From Lama glama (lineage: Eukaryota): a stretch of 64,000 bases of DNA. Position numbers and translations under genes: made by a program. Shown piece after piece: positions 39,601-53,409 of the stretch. Where the stretch lies: NCBI GenBank assembly GCA_028534125.1, contig CM052818.1, positions 16,060,001 to 16,124,000 of the forward strand, read 5' to 3'. The first letter of the stretch is position 1; the number at the start of each line of letters is the position of its first letter. Under the pieces are notes generated by a model. The model had not been told where the DNA came from. It worked only from the letters and a program-made list of their open reading frames with translations, and made no database searches.

Positions 39601-40189
39601 TAAGAAATTCACTATGATAAGGCTTAAATAATTTGAAGCTGAAAATAATGTTCCTATATTTTCTGATATCAAAGGGATTGTTAGGAAAGCTTAACTTTGT
39701 AAATTATCTAGGTCTTGTGTGTAACAGTTTTAGTGCCTAATCCAGTAGAGAGAGTAGGATGTAGGCACTAACCACTCTCGACTTCTCTGTATCTTAGTTC
39801 TGTACTGTGTATTTCTTGACTTACCAGAAACGGAGCAGGGAAAACAAGTGACAATATACCTCACAATTTGCTGTGTTTTCTTTATTTTTTCAGATTCAGG
39901 AATAAAAATATTCTTTGCACAGTTAAAGATATATTCAAATATGATATCATTAAAAGCATACTTTCAATTTAGTAGCAGGCAGACACATATATCTGACATT
40001 CTGTAATGTGTCCTGTATAATATACAAAACAATGATAAGTTCCAAATGGTACCTACATATTTCTGACACAATGGTCATATTTGAGATTTTTACAACTATC
40101 GTCCTAATATTTATTGCTCAGGACATATAAATTATCTTCCATTCCACTGTGCTGTGCTATGTTACACTGTATATCACAGCACACTGATC

Positions 40190-40505
40190 TACACTACTTT
40201 ATTTATAATTCCAAAATTCAAAAAGCCCCATAAACCAAAAATTCCTACATGATTATTCAACAAATTCAGTGATGGCAAACATGAAGGATGTGAGGTTCTA
40301 TGTGGTCACTGTTTTTCCTGCTTGGTGTAGCTCTCCATATATTTCACTGCAGCGATATTATGGCGGTTATTATGTAATAGATACTATGAGGATATAACAT
40401 AATACACAGCATATGTACTATATTACCTTTCTAAAATACGAAGAATTCTGAATCCTTGTAACAAGCCTTGCCCTAAGTATTTTGCATAAAGCACTTGGGA
40501 CCTCT
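40190..40505. mobile_element. Old TcMar-Tigger-type MITE
   Basis: 'ttccaaaattcaaaaagc' and the end 'ctttctaaaatacgaagaattctgaat...ttttgcataaagcacttgggacct' resemble Tigger MITE termini. Confidence 0.55.
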
Positions 40506-41503
40506 ACTAAGGATCATACTATGATAACTAAACTTTAGAAGATTAAGTGAGAGAAATAGCCAGTGTCATTAAAATGAGAAGAGTTTTAAGTGTTACCTTC
40601 TTTGTTTACTTATGTGTTCTATGTTTCATGTCCCCCCAATTCATCTGTTTTGAGTCAGAAGACTTGATTCCACTTGAGTAAATTTATTAAAATGGCCCCA
40701 AATTATCTATATTCACACAATTTCCTGATCCCAACTAGTGTAAAATTGCCTTTTTATAGTAAATAGCATCCAGCACTCCTCCAAAAAGCTTGTCAATGTT
40801 TCCATAAAACTTTCTCTCACATACTAAGATAAAGTCCAAAGGGTACTGCTTACTCAAAAAAGTTGAAACTATATTCCATCTCCCTTTGATGATCTGTCTT
40901 GCTCTAGCTTTTTTGGGCACATGGATAGCCCATCTGCCAAAGGAAGTGATAGAAAAAAACTACGAATGATGTGTACAGACATCATACTTGTCATAAGCAT
41001 CTATCATCATTTTCTCAGGAATAAAACAATATATAATTCCATCAAGAATTTCTTCTCAAATTAATTGTGTTTGCAATGAAGACTATTGCTGTGGCAGTTA
41101 TTTTTAACCTCTCTGGTACCCAACCTTCTCTGACCTTTATTATTGAAATATGAGTCACCACTGAGCTATATTTAACGTTTTGTATTAATACAGCCCCAGC
41201 ACTGGCATGAGCCTCTATAGCTGCACATAGAGTAGGCTAGTTAACATAGACTTCAGCAGGTGAATTGGAAGCTCTAGATGCAAGATGAAAGCAATGATAG
41301 GATGCATCCAACAACAGAATATTAGTTAAATAAACAAACTATGGTAAGTCCCTATGATGTAGTAATTGTACAACTGTTAAGAACTATAATGATATCCACA
41401 ATATATTCAAAGATGGAATGTTCTCCCAAATCAGAAGCCTCACATGTGAGACTCACAATTGCATTCTTCTCTTCCTTACCAGATATCACTGCTTTTCAAG
41501 AAC

Positions 41504-41989
41504 TGTGAAGGGTCAGAGATGTTCCCCTGCTTGCAAACTAACAAGTTAGTCTGCCACTTTTTAGTGGATTCTTGAAGAAGGCAGAAGATTATTTGGAAAG
41601 AAAAAGGGCCTGTCTTACTTATGACAGAGTAGACAACATGAGTTTCATGTTTCCATTATCTCACCTTGCTTCCAAAGTCCCATAGACGCCATGCAGATGC
41701 TGGAAAAAAGTTGCATGTACTGTGGGTTTGACTTTAAACTGAGTAAATCTGAGCTCAGAAAACTACAATATTTTGAGGGGACAATCTTTGCCTCAGTGGA
41801 GACATTATATCAATTACTCTTTGTAGGAAGCAGATCTGTCCTCTGATCCAGAGTCAGATACTATCTCTATCTTTCAAGGCTGATTACTGTACCAGTATCC
41901 TTAAAAAACTTTCAGAACAGAAGGTGTCAATGCTTCTGCTCCGGAGAGATGCAGAAACAAGTGAGACCTATAAAGATTGTCGTCTGACA
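41504..41989 (-). mobile_element. Old solo LTR (MER89/MER110-like)
   Basis: Bounded by TG...CA, with 'tgtgaagggtcagagat...cttgcaaactaacaagttagtctgccac'. Confidence 0.7.
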
Positions 41990-41999
41990 CCATTAACTT

Positions 42000-44090
42000 A
42001 AATTTTTCTTAATAATTGCCCTGTTTTATTTTTACTTTTTAAATCTAACTGGTGTATCTCTAAATAATACACAGTTCCTTGCTTTGGAAATTCAAATTAA
42101 TGGAACATTCAGTACTCCTTTTGGTATGCTATTTGAAATCCACATTAAATTTGAGGCTTATCTGTGTCAATATATGTACCCATAGCCTACTTGTTAAGAT
42201 TGCTGTATAATATTCCATTGTTTGAATGCATCAGAACTTATCCATTCTTTGTATTTATCTCTTTGCCTTATTTTCAGTTTTTTGTTTGCATAATAAATGT
42301 TGCCATAGACAGTCTTTTAGAAGTCTCCTAGTACACATGTTCAAGAGTTTCTCTAGAGTAATTTAATAGAAGAAGTGTTAGAATAAAGTTTAGGCATACA
42401 ATGAATATTACTGGATATTGCAGTAACTGTTTTCCCAACTGGCTGAATTTTGAAAACATTTTTGTTTTTTATTAATGTTCATTATTTGAGCACCTACAAT
42501 GTGTGGGAATTTCAGGTGCTTGGGATTTTTGCCAAAACATGGTATTCTTGCTTATTTCTTTTGCTTACTTTTCTATAATTTTTTCTTTCAGATTCATTAG
42601 AATTCCTCATTCTAATTAATGGTCAATAATATATTTGCAACTATAGTCGCCAATTCATAGTTTTTCTTTTTATCCTTGATTCTTTCCTCTAATTTCACGA
42701 TCTTAAGTTTCTTATTTCAAAGTAGTCAAGTGTGATAATTCTATCAATATTTAACTGTATGCTTTATAATCAATGTCTTATTAAGAAGTGCCATTATGGC
42801 ATGATAATAAATATAATTTCCATAACTGACATTAATTTTAGTTTCATATGTATATATATACAAATATGATATATATTCATGTAAATAACCAATCACTCAT
42901 ATCTATTCTTTCTCCATGGATTTACAATAACCAATCTATCAAGTATAACTGTGTGTATGCATATATATATATATGTCTTTTAATGGGCTCCTTTTGGTTA
43001 CTTTGATCTATTTGTCTATTCCTATACCAATAACAAAATTAAAAACTGTAGCATATAATAATAATAATTAACCTTAAGTAAGGCAAATATTTCCATCTGG
43101 TCCCGATTCTTCAGGAACATTTTGTCCATTCTGGCTTTCTCTTCCAAACAAATTTCAGAATTACCTTGTCAGGTGCCCTAACTTATCCACCCAAAAGCAT
43201 ATAAAGATTTCTATTGGAATAGTGTTGAATTTATAGGTTAATTTAGGAAGAACAGAAACATTTAGAATATTAAGCCCTTGATTACTAGAACATACGTCTT
43301 CTTCAACACAGGTCTTCTCTTGTATATTTTAGTAAAAATTACAATAGTGTCTAAAAGATCTTGAATATATTTAGTTAGATTTATTTCTAGTACTTTGTAC
43401 TTTCACCACAACTTAAGTGGTATCTTAATGAAGATGAAATGTCATCTTCCAAATGTTTGCTGTTGATGTATAGAAATGTAGCTGAGTTCTGTTACATTAC
43501 ATTTGAATTTACAAGCTACTAGTTTTAGCTGTTCATTGATAGTTTCTTCTTGATTTTCTATACACATATCATCTGTGGGAAATGAAAGATTTTTAAATTT
43601 TCTATTTTTTAATACCTTTGTTTCTTATTCTCTTTTCATAAGACTAACTTGACTATCTTGTATGGTATAGAACAGAATGGTGTTAGTAGGCATAATAATT
43701 TTTTTCCTGAATTTGAAGAAAATGTTTCCAACATTCATGCTTAATTATTATAATTTCAGCAGTTTTTTCATAAATGGCTTTTAGGTAGTTTAGAGAATTT
43801 TCTCCTCTTTATAGGTTGCTAGAAGTTTTATTTATTTTTAGTTTTTATTTTAATTTTTTGTCAAGAATGTAATCTCTCAGAGGGTAGAAATTTTCAGTTG
43901 TCTGTTTTGTTCACTGATACATCTCCAGTGCTTGGAAGAGTGACTGGCACATAGTAAACTAAACTGGATGTTGAATTTTATAGACTTTTTTCTTATATTT
44001 ATTTTCATAATCATATAAATGTTCACATTAATGTATGAATATGCTGAATTTCATTATTATATTTTCTAATGTTAAACCAGACTTGCATTT
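42000..44090 (-). mobile_element. Ancient L1ME-like ORF2/3' region
   Basis: Antisense L1 text, for example 'attggaatagtgttgaatttataggttaatttaggaagaa' and 'aacagaatggtgttagtaggcat'. Confidence 0.7.
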
Positions 44091-46112
44091 CTAAATTTTC
44101 CTATGAGGAGCAGATGTTACGAGGTACTGCAGACATTTCTGTAGCTATACAAATTCTGTAGCAAAATATAATCTTTTTAACCAATAAGGACGTGGCATCA
44201 AATTGAGACTATCATTTTAAGATATAATCATACTTTCTCTTTTTTTCCCTCAGTTTTTAATGCTGAAAGGTAGAGGATGGGGCAGTATGTTACTGTACAA
44301 AAAATAAAAATGCATTCACTGCCAAATATCAGTTTCCAAATCAGTGCATGAGAAGATGGACTTTTGGGGTAAAGTTCAAAACCTCAGTTCTGTCAATCAG
44401 TGTGCTAGAACTAGCTGTGATACATGTCAACTATGCACTCTCTGTGAGAAAGTCAATGACAGTCTGGCTTAAAGGAACATGTGTGTTAAAGCACCCTAGT
44501 TATATTTTCAGCTCTAGCCTTGTTCCCTATGAATAAAGTATTAGAAAAAATAAAACAGCATAAAATTTATGCTGCCCTATTAATTTTGCCTCGTACTTTT
44601 CTTATTCCAAAACCAAGATTGTAAATGTTCTTGCTGTTTGACGCTTCTTTATTGCTTCTGATAATTTATGTGGCATTTCTTATGTCTAATCATTTCTTAG
44701 AGCACTTACTGAGATGTTTTCCTATTGAAAATTCCTCTGCCTGGTTATGTTCTTGCATTTATGAATAGAAACCAGACCTTTCCCTTGCTCTGTAACTCCT
44801 GGAGATTAAAAATGCATCAGAATGAAGTAATCGTTTAACTGCTTACATGGCAAAATATATATGTTATCTACATGTACACAAATGGACTTTCTGACCTATT
44901 TACCAGGCACTTTGATTGTCAGTGAAGTGTTTCAGAATTCAGTATTTACAAATTTAATTAGCTTTGCAGCAAATGAAATGCCAATATTACTATTGCTTAC
45001 TGACTACTTTTGCTTTAACAATAGAGATTCATACCAGCAGCATGTGTTTATTTAACATTAGCATTGGTTAATTACAGAAATAATAAAACTAGACTAAATA
45101 TGACAAATAAATAAAACATGACATCACTTTTTCCTAAATGTTATATTTTAAGCCAAACTGTAGCAGAAGCAAATGACCCTTGTTAAATTTCTTTGGTCCT
45201 GATTAAAATTTATGACATGATTTTTTTTTTCTAACTATCTTATCTGTTTGATGAGAGGTCCTTCAGAGATACTATAAATTTGGGCAATCCCAACCATGGT
45301 CAAGATATCAAGCTGAAAGATATGTTTCTTCTACCCATTCATCTCTTATATCATGCTCTAGGACCTCTCCATGTTCTAATTCCTAAGTTTCACTGCAGCT
45401 CTCTGCCTGGACCTGCTTGCCCACTTACCCTGGCAAAGCCTGCTTATATACCTTACTCACATTTGCATAAGGCTGATAGTATTTGTTCCCATTTTTTTTG
45501 GAGGTATTTCCATTTAGTAGAGGCCTATGGCATGCATGCCCAATATTTATCCTTTTCAACAAAATGTTGGCTGCACAAAAGTCTATGTAAAGGCACACTG
45601 AAGTTTTTGTAATTCCTGGTCATCACTTAGGAGCTGGTAGGGCAAAGTGCAAAAAAAAGACAGCATCCTGTAAAAGCATTTTCAAGCTGAACTGCAATGA
45701 CAAGAATGTTTCTGAGGTATCTTATTTGAAAGACAGGAAGACTGATGGTATAGGATATTTATAATATTTCACTGTCAGTTTCATTTGTAATGACAACAAG
45801 TATGATGTATTTGTCCCTTCTCTAGGAGCAATATCATTTAGGCAAAACTTCTCTCATACTGGTAATCAGATGTTTCCCCCGAACAGTATTCCCAAGGGTG
45901 GTGATAGAGAGTATGTAGTTGGCTCAGTAATATTGATTTGGGAAGGAGGTGGGGCCAAATGCTGATGGAGTCTTTTATATTTTTCCTTTGATACCCCTTC
46001 TCCTAAAACACAATGCTTAAAATTCTATCAAGCTGTTCAATGATTCCAGCAATGATCTAGAAAATAAAGTTAACTTTCTATGCAAATTGCATTATTGGAT
46101 AGCTGCCAATAG

Positions 46113-46647
46113 TGAAACCGAGCAGGACTTTGTGGGACCTTCGTAGGGACAGACTGCTGGTATCCCCTACCTCCTATCTGTAAGAAAGCTTTATTGTTCT
46201 AGGCCTTCCCCAAGTTCCAAAGAGCAAATTTTATCAGATCTCTAGTTCCTCCTCAAGGTCTACAGTTAATATCCTGAGCCATATCCTTGAATTGTTTTGC
46301 AGATACTAAAACTCCCACTAGGTGGAATAAGTTCTAGACTGGTTGGAACCAAAAAGTTGATGATTGAAACTGCCAAAACATCACTCTGTTACCTCACCAT
46401 CAATCAGAGAACTGTGCCCAAGCTGATCACACAGCCTGCAACCCTCTCCTTCACGCTGCCTTTAAAAACTCCTCCTGGAAAGTCATCAGTGAATTCTAGG
46501 TATTTTGAACATTAGTTGCCTGTTCTTGCTTGGCCCCACGTTGGATGCCTTGCAATAAAAGCTGTACTTCCCTTTACCACAACCTGGTGTCAGAAGACTG
46601 ATCATGCTGTACATTGGGTGAGCAAACCAAAGTTTGTTTCAATAACA
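46113..46647 (+). mobile_element. Complete ERV1-class solo LTR
   Basis: TG...CA termini, 4-bp TSD ATAG (46109-46112 and 46648-46651), TATA-like TTTAAAAA at about 46461 and AATAAA at 46554-46559. Confidence 0.9.
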
Positions 46648-47115
46648 ATAGTGTATCATAAATTTTCTGTGACTGCATTTACACTCTGCGAGAGTATTGT
46701 GATCAACCACTTAGGTCCACCATGGGTGAAAGAGGGGAGATAAAGCAGTTAATGTCCTAAATTACTACTAGCTTTGCTGGATTATATGTGAATACCAGAC
46801 AGGATTATAGTTTGGTGATCTGTTTGGGGGACATGGTCTTTGGTCTTCATTGCTAACAAATTATGAGAAATTACAAATGCAAATGACATTTTTTCTTTGA
46901 AAGTTTTGCTTTGGCCACAGAACTGAATGAACTATGTAATTGTGGAAATGCTCCTTGAGATTAAAAATAGAAAGAGTACATGATGATCAGCTTGTTTTGT
47001 ATTTGATTAAATAAATCTGGCAAAATCATAAAGTAAAACTATAAAATCAAATATTTTTGTTATAACTCTGTATATCAGCATGGGTCTGTGTACTTTCATC
47101 CACTAGATATTTAAA

Positions 47116-48550
47116 TTTTTTCTTTCAGTTTTATTGAGTATTAATTATATTTATTATAATTATGTTATATGTTATATCCCTGGTACTTAATTATCTTATA
47201 ACTAGCAGTTTCTACCTTCTGACTTCCTTTATCCAATTCACCCGCTCCTCATCCCCACCTCTAGTAACAAATCTGATCTGTTTTTCTGTGAGCTTGCTTG
47301 TTTGTTTTTGAAGTATAATTGACCTACAACACAGTGTTAGTTCCTGTTATACTACATAGTGATATAGCATTTCTATAAATTTCAAAATGATCACCATAGT
47401 AAGTCTAATTACAATATGTCATGATACAAAAATATTATATAGTTATTGACCATATTCCCCACACTGTACATTTCATACTTCTGGTTTATTTTGCAACTGG
47501 AAGTTTGTACATCTTTATCTCCCTCACTTGTTTCTTTTCTCCTTCTAGTCTCCTCCCCTCTGGCCACCACCAGTTGGTTCTCTGTTTCTGTTTTGTTATG
47601 CTTATTCATTTGTTTTGTTTTTTAGATTTCACATATAAGTGAAATCACACAACATTTGTGTTTCTCTGTCTGACTTATTTCACTAGCCTAATACCTTAGG
47701 TGAATCATCCATGTTGTTGTAAATGGCAAAATTTCATTCTTTTTTATGGCTGAGTAATATTCCTAGATAGATAGATAGATAGACACAGACAGACAGATAG
47801 ACAAACAGACAGATACCACATCTTCTTTATCCATTTATATATGGGAACTTGGGTTGCTTCTGTATTTTAGGGGGTATTATAAATAATATTGCAACAAACA
47901 TAGGGATACATATATATTTTCTAATTAGCTTTTTTGTTTTCAGATAAATACCTAGGAGTGAAATTGCTGGATCATATGGTAGCTCTATTTTTAGTTTTAT
48001 TTGAAGAATCTCCATACTGTCTTCCATAGTGGATCCACCAACTTACATTCCACCAACAGTGCATGAAGGTTCTCTTTTCCCCCTCATCCTCACATACCTG
48101 TATTTTGTTGTCTTTTGATATTAACCATCCTGGCAGATGTGAGGTGATAGGGTCTTTAATCCATTTTCAATTTATTTTTGTGCATGATGTGAGAGTAATC
48201 CAGTTTACTTATTTTGCATGTAGCTCTCCAGTCTTAGCAACAGCATTTATTGAAGAGGCTGTATTTTTCCATGTCTATTTTTGCTTCTTTTGTCATAGAT
48301 TAATTGCCCATGAAACTTTGGATTTATTTCTGGGTTCTCTATTTTGTTCCATTGATCTATGAGTCTGTTTCTGTACCAGTACCATACTTGCAGGATAACT
48401 GTAGCTTTGTAGTATAGTTTGAAATTGGGAATGTGATATCTCCAGCTTTGTTTTTCTTTCTCAAGATTGCTTTGGCTATTTGGGGCCTTTTGTCTTTCCC
48501 TACAGATTTTAGAATTATTTATTCCAGTTTTGTAAAAAATGCCATTGGTT
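47116..48550 (-). mobile_element. 5'-truncated L1 (ORF2 C-terminus plus 3'UTR) with an internal deletion
   Basis: Minus ORFs give [26 protein letters not shown] and IELPYDPAISLLGIY. TSD acta(g/a)at(a/g)tttaaa at 47102-47115 and 48579-48592. (GATA/GACA)n at 47764-47815. Confidence 0.92.
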
Positions 48551-49039
48551 ACCATTTGGTTACAATTTGATTACTATTACTAAATGTTTAAAATTTTTAA
48601 TCCCAATAATGACCCCTTGAGACATAGAAGGGGAGTGCTAGCCTTCCTACTTTATGTAGCATGAAACTGGATACACAGAAAATCAGTGATTGATCATAGG
48701 CAAGAATTCAGTTATCCAAACTTAAAAAACATAATGATATTTTTTTCTGTTATATTACTTTAACTTACATTAAACTACGTAAAAAGAAGGTGGGATACCT
48801 AATGTGAGAGCTACTTGCACGTCAAACACTCTTGTAGTAGCTTTGTAAGAATTATATTCTTTAATTCTTACCCTAACTCTCTGAGCTCGTTGATAATCAT
48901 TATTTTATGATTTTACGAATAAGACAGTAAGATTTAGAAAGGTTAATTAACTCGCCCACTGAAAACAACTAGTATATGGCAAAGCTATTGCCAAACACTA
49001 ACACCTTTCAGGAGTATTATTTTACCTTCCAACTGATCT

Positions 49040-49575
49040 TGTGAAGGAAAAACCGGGCTGGTCTGACAAGATAACTCATAAGTCTAGGAATGTGAAGGAG
49101 AGGCTGGGCTGGGCTAACAAGATAACTCACAAATCTAAGTATTGGAATACTGATCTGAGTTCTGCTGGACTAACTTGTAAATCTAGGTTAATTAGTGTTG
49201 GCTTGCTGTTTATGTTTTTTTGCTAGCCAGCTGGATTTTCAAAGATACATATCTNNNNNNNNNNNNNNNNNNNNNNNNNNNNNNNNNNNNNNNNNNNNNN
49301 NNNNNNNNNNNNNNNNNNNNNNNNNNNNNNNNNNNNNNNNNNNNNNNNNNNNNNCACCTCCACTTTTGTGATGATGCTGCTGCTAAAGCTGTTCCATGCC
49401 TATTGGCCAAATACCCCAAGCTTGTACTTTACCCCATAAAACCTCATGTGCACATCTTGAAGGTGCTCAGAGGTTTGGAGCAGAAGCCCCTCTGAGCCCG
49501 CCGGCGTAATACATCTGAGTACGCCAACCCTCCGAGTGGTGCTTGTTTCTTGACTGGCCTGTCGTTTCCGTAACA
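49040..49575 (+). mobile_element. Young ERV1-class LTR spanning a 100-N gap (49255-49354)
   Basis: TGT...ACA termini, perfect 4-bp TSD ATCT (49036-49039 and 49576-49579), retained CpGs, CATAAAA at about 49435 and AATACA at about 49508. Confidence 0.9.
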
Positions 49576-51196
49576 ATCTGTGATCATTAAACTTTACCCC
49601 TTTGCTAAGTCGCTACCTGTTTATGATCTCTTCTCTGGCTTCTCTTTACAGACTCTCTCTGTTAAGTATTATCTGTATGCTGGTGTTAGCAACCAAGATA
49701 ATAATTATCCTTTGCTAGTGGCTGAGGTGGTGCTTTGTGCATAAGTCACATCTTGTTTATAAAGTTAGTCAGGTTCTAAATTTAAAATTGTAAATACCTC
49801 ATCTAAGGTCTAAAAATCAGTGGATTTTACACAACTAAGAACATTGTGGAATTTCAATTTCAGTTAATATAAAATATATATAATTTAGAATTAAGATTAT
49901 ACATTTAAAATATCAGACAAGATGTCAGGCACACAGTAGGTCTTTTCCCTTTCTTTTTATTCTCCACCTGCCTTTTAGGGGTTTGGAATAAGAAGTTCTA
50001 TCTATTGTTTGTTTTTGACTATTTCTTTTTTTTTCTTTCTTTTTTTTCTCTTAACAAAACAAAAACAAACCACCATATTCTCTAGTATGAGGCCTTTGTA
50101 CAAATTTCCTTAACAATAAGCATCCATCTGATAAATTTCATCTTGAGATCCTTCCAAATAGAGTTTTTAGAAAATACGGAATGCTCATGTTCTCCTCACA
50201 AAAATAGAAATTTTACATTTTTTGAAAACATTCAGTACAGCCTTGATGGAAGACTCTTTTTAAAAGATATGAATCTTCTATTTGATTTACATTTCTAACT
50301 CAGTTTTTGAGATTCATTCTATTATGGTTCTGCAAACATGACTGGAATGTTAATCTTGAGTAGTAATCTTGGGAAGCTTTCGAAGACCAGTTTTTGTCAT
50401 CTCTTTAGTAAAAGTGTTTCTCAAGGTTGCCCTTCATTACGGAAATACAGCTTTGTTTTAACATGTTTGCAAGTTTCTCATATTTGAATGCCCTACCAAA
50501 CATACCTGTTTCCCTGATGCATTTCCGGATCAATTTAGCCTAACTGATCATTCTTTCTAAACATAAATTTAGTAATCTGTACCCCAAATTATACCACTGA
50601 ATTCTTTCTAATTACTCGATGAGAATTACTTCCTCTCTCTAACTAGATGAATATGTTTTGGGTGTTCTGCAAATGCTAGGACTAAGGTTAGTATCAGAAT
50701 TATTATAAAGCACCTTGAAGCATTTATTTCATATTAATTAACTGGGGAAAATTTCTATGCAAGGGGGGATTTTCCTCTCCAGTATATGCCATTTAGCTCT
50801 AACTTGACCAAGAATAGCAAATCAGTTTGCTCTTTTGTACCAATTGTTATCAACTGGTGGTAAACCATTATGTTGAAGAGTATTTAGAGACTTTATGAGG
50901 GTTCAGTAGTAGTGCCATGATTAATTAGCAATCCCTTTGTTAAACAGAGGTAGGGGTGAAGTAAGGGATGGAACACATAGACACCATTTTATTATTATTA
51001 TTACCATTCCTTTTTTAGTCTCTGAGTTACTTTCATATTTTTCACAGCAGTTTTTATACAGGGGATTTACAATTATTAACTGAATTAATGAAATTAAATA
51101 TATATACATATATATAAGCAAGTTATTCCAAAGCAAATCGTCAATGGTTAAATCTGAGTAATTACTGTTCTTTTTTTTCCCTGAGTTATTACTTTT

Positions 51197-51650
51197 TTTT
51201 TTAACTTTTAAAAAATTGAAGTATAGTCAGTTTACAATGTTGTGTCAATTTCTGGTGTACAGCACAGTGCTTCAGTCATACATGAATATACATATACTCA
51301 TTTTCATATTTTTTTTCACCATAAGCTAATGCAAGATATTGAATACAGTTCCCTGTGTTATACAGTATAAACTTGTTTATCTATTTTATATACACCAGTT
51401 ATTATCTGCAGATCTCGAACTCCTAATTTATCCCTTCCCACCCCTTTCCCCCCTAGTAACCATAACATTGTTTTCTATGTCTGTGAGTCTTTTTCTGTTT
51501 TACAAATAAGTTCATTTGTCTTTTTTTTTTTTTAAGATTCCACATATGAGTAGTATAATATGGTATTTTTATTTCTCTTTCTGGCTTACTTCACTTAGAA
51601 TGGCATTTTCCAGGGCCATCCATGTTGCTACAAATGGCATTATTTTATTT
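51197..51650 (-). mobile_element. Young 5'-truncated L1 3' end
   Basis: Perfect 15-bp TSD tgagttattactttt at 51182-51196 and 51651-51665. The minus ORF reads KIMPFVATWMALENAILSEVSQKEK. Confidence 0.95.
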
Positions 51651-53409
51651 TGAGTTATTACTTTTAAAAAGTATGCATCCCTTATAGCCAGAATCAAATG
51701 CCAAGAAAATAAGAAGCCATAGAGGAATGATTTAAATACTGATATCAATTCTTCCCTTCTACCCATGAGGATAATACCATGCCTTTTGAGATGCCACCTT
51801 TTATACCCATTTCAGTCTTTTTTTCCTCCAATAGGCTAGTGAATTATTGAGACATTTCACACTTTGTGTATAAAATATCTGAGTCACTAATTCATGGAAA
51901 CTTACACCATGTAACATGACACCATCTCACTGGGGGGGGGTATTTACACACACATTCCCTTTTCCCTCTGTTATCTACTAATTTACTTTCATTTGGAAGC
52001 TTTCCTTGTTTTACTCAACATGGCTTACAATATCTCCAACAGTCATAGAAATCTAGTAACCACAAGTTTTTATATACACTGGGAATTATTGATCTGGTTA
52101 TCTTTCATTACTGATATGTTCCACTTTCCTCTATTTTACATTCCATCCCTTCCTCCCCATTATTTAGACCTCAGTGAGAATACAGACTACATTCTAGAGT
52201 TCTTTTTATAGTAATTAATGTCAACTGACTGGGAAATTCTCCACTATATATGTAACTTTCCCCAAAGTGGATGGGGCAAACAAGTCACTCTGGGAAACAG
52301 AAAAACTGTGGAGAAGAATCTGACTTATTATTCAGGATTCAACTTGATTGCTTTTTGCAAAAAGCCTTTCTTGAACTTAATCAATTTATCCCGAGGTTGC
52401 ATTATTTTCTTCTTTTGCATGCTTTCTTAAGACTCTATGCCTACCTGAATAAGCATATGTAACATATTTTATGTTTATCAGCTTATGAGTTAGCTCTGAG
52501 TACAGGGGCAAACCTCATTTATTTTTGAATTTGCAATATTTGTCATAGTACCTGGCATATAGTAACTCTGCCTTTGAGGTTACAGAAAAATGGTGTAACC
52601 ATGGGCAAATGAGAGGTATTTTGATAGCACAGTAAGTAAACAAGTAATAATTTTTTTATCACTGAAATAATTGTATTTCAAAATTCATGTTTGTTTTAAC
52701 ATTAGAATACATACCAATATTCTATAAACCAGTACTTTCATTTTTATAATGACAATGAAATTTTTACAACCACAGAACTACTTTGCATTACTGGAATACT
52801 TCTTTATCAAGCTCCAAGTGTTTTACAGCCAATAATATAGCACTCTAATTGCAATGTTTTGAGGGACAAATAACTTACTAATAATTCCTTACAGCTCATT
52901 AGCATCTGGCACAGAATATTGTAGTGAAGAAGAACTGCAAACTGTGTGAACAAACCACGTCTTCTAACAGATGAAACTATGGAACCCCAGAGAAGTGTCA
53001 TTACCTGCTAAGGTGTTAAAGTTGGCTAATTATGGTGTCAAGACTAAAACCTGTATTTCAAATATAAGGGATAAGCCATGAATCTCCAACTGCCTAACGT
53101 GCTTCCACCTCTGTCTGAGGAAAGTGATTACAAGAAGATTTGCATAAAGTAAATGGTCTAACACATGAAATCTATTGTCCTGTCTACAACAGAATGTACT
53201 AGAGAGTACCCTATTAGCCAGAGGCAGGATGGTACGCTAAGTACTTCCATACCTATGAAATGGATTCCTTCAAGACTGTTCTCAGTGGTGGAAATCATGT
53301 TAGCAGTTGACAAATTCACCTAATTCTACTTTCACTTATTCAGTGTAAATAGGAAATGCACATTGGAAGGGTGACATGAAGACAGGAATGGGTACTTGGT
53401 CCTCAATGA

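Noticed and set aside
39819..40030. Minus-strand acceptor/donor pair defining a roughly 188-bp exon
   Set aside because: Stops occur in all three frames and there is no other support; such pairs are common by chance.
49210..49495. ORFs spanning N runs (also 61297-61560)
   Set aside because: Artefacts of translating through assembly gaps.
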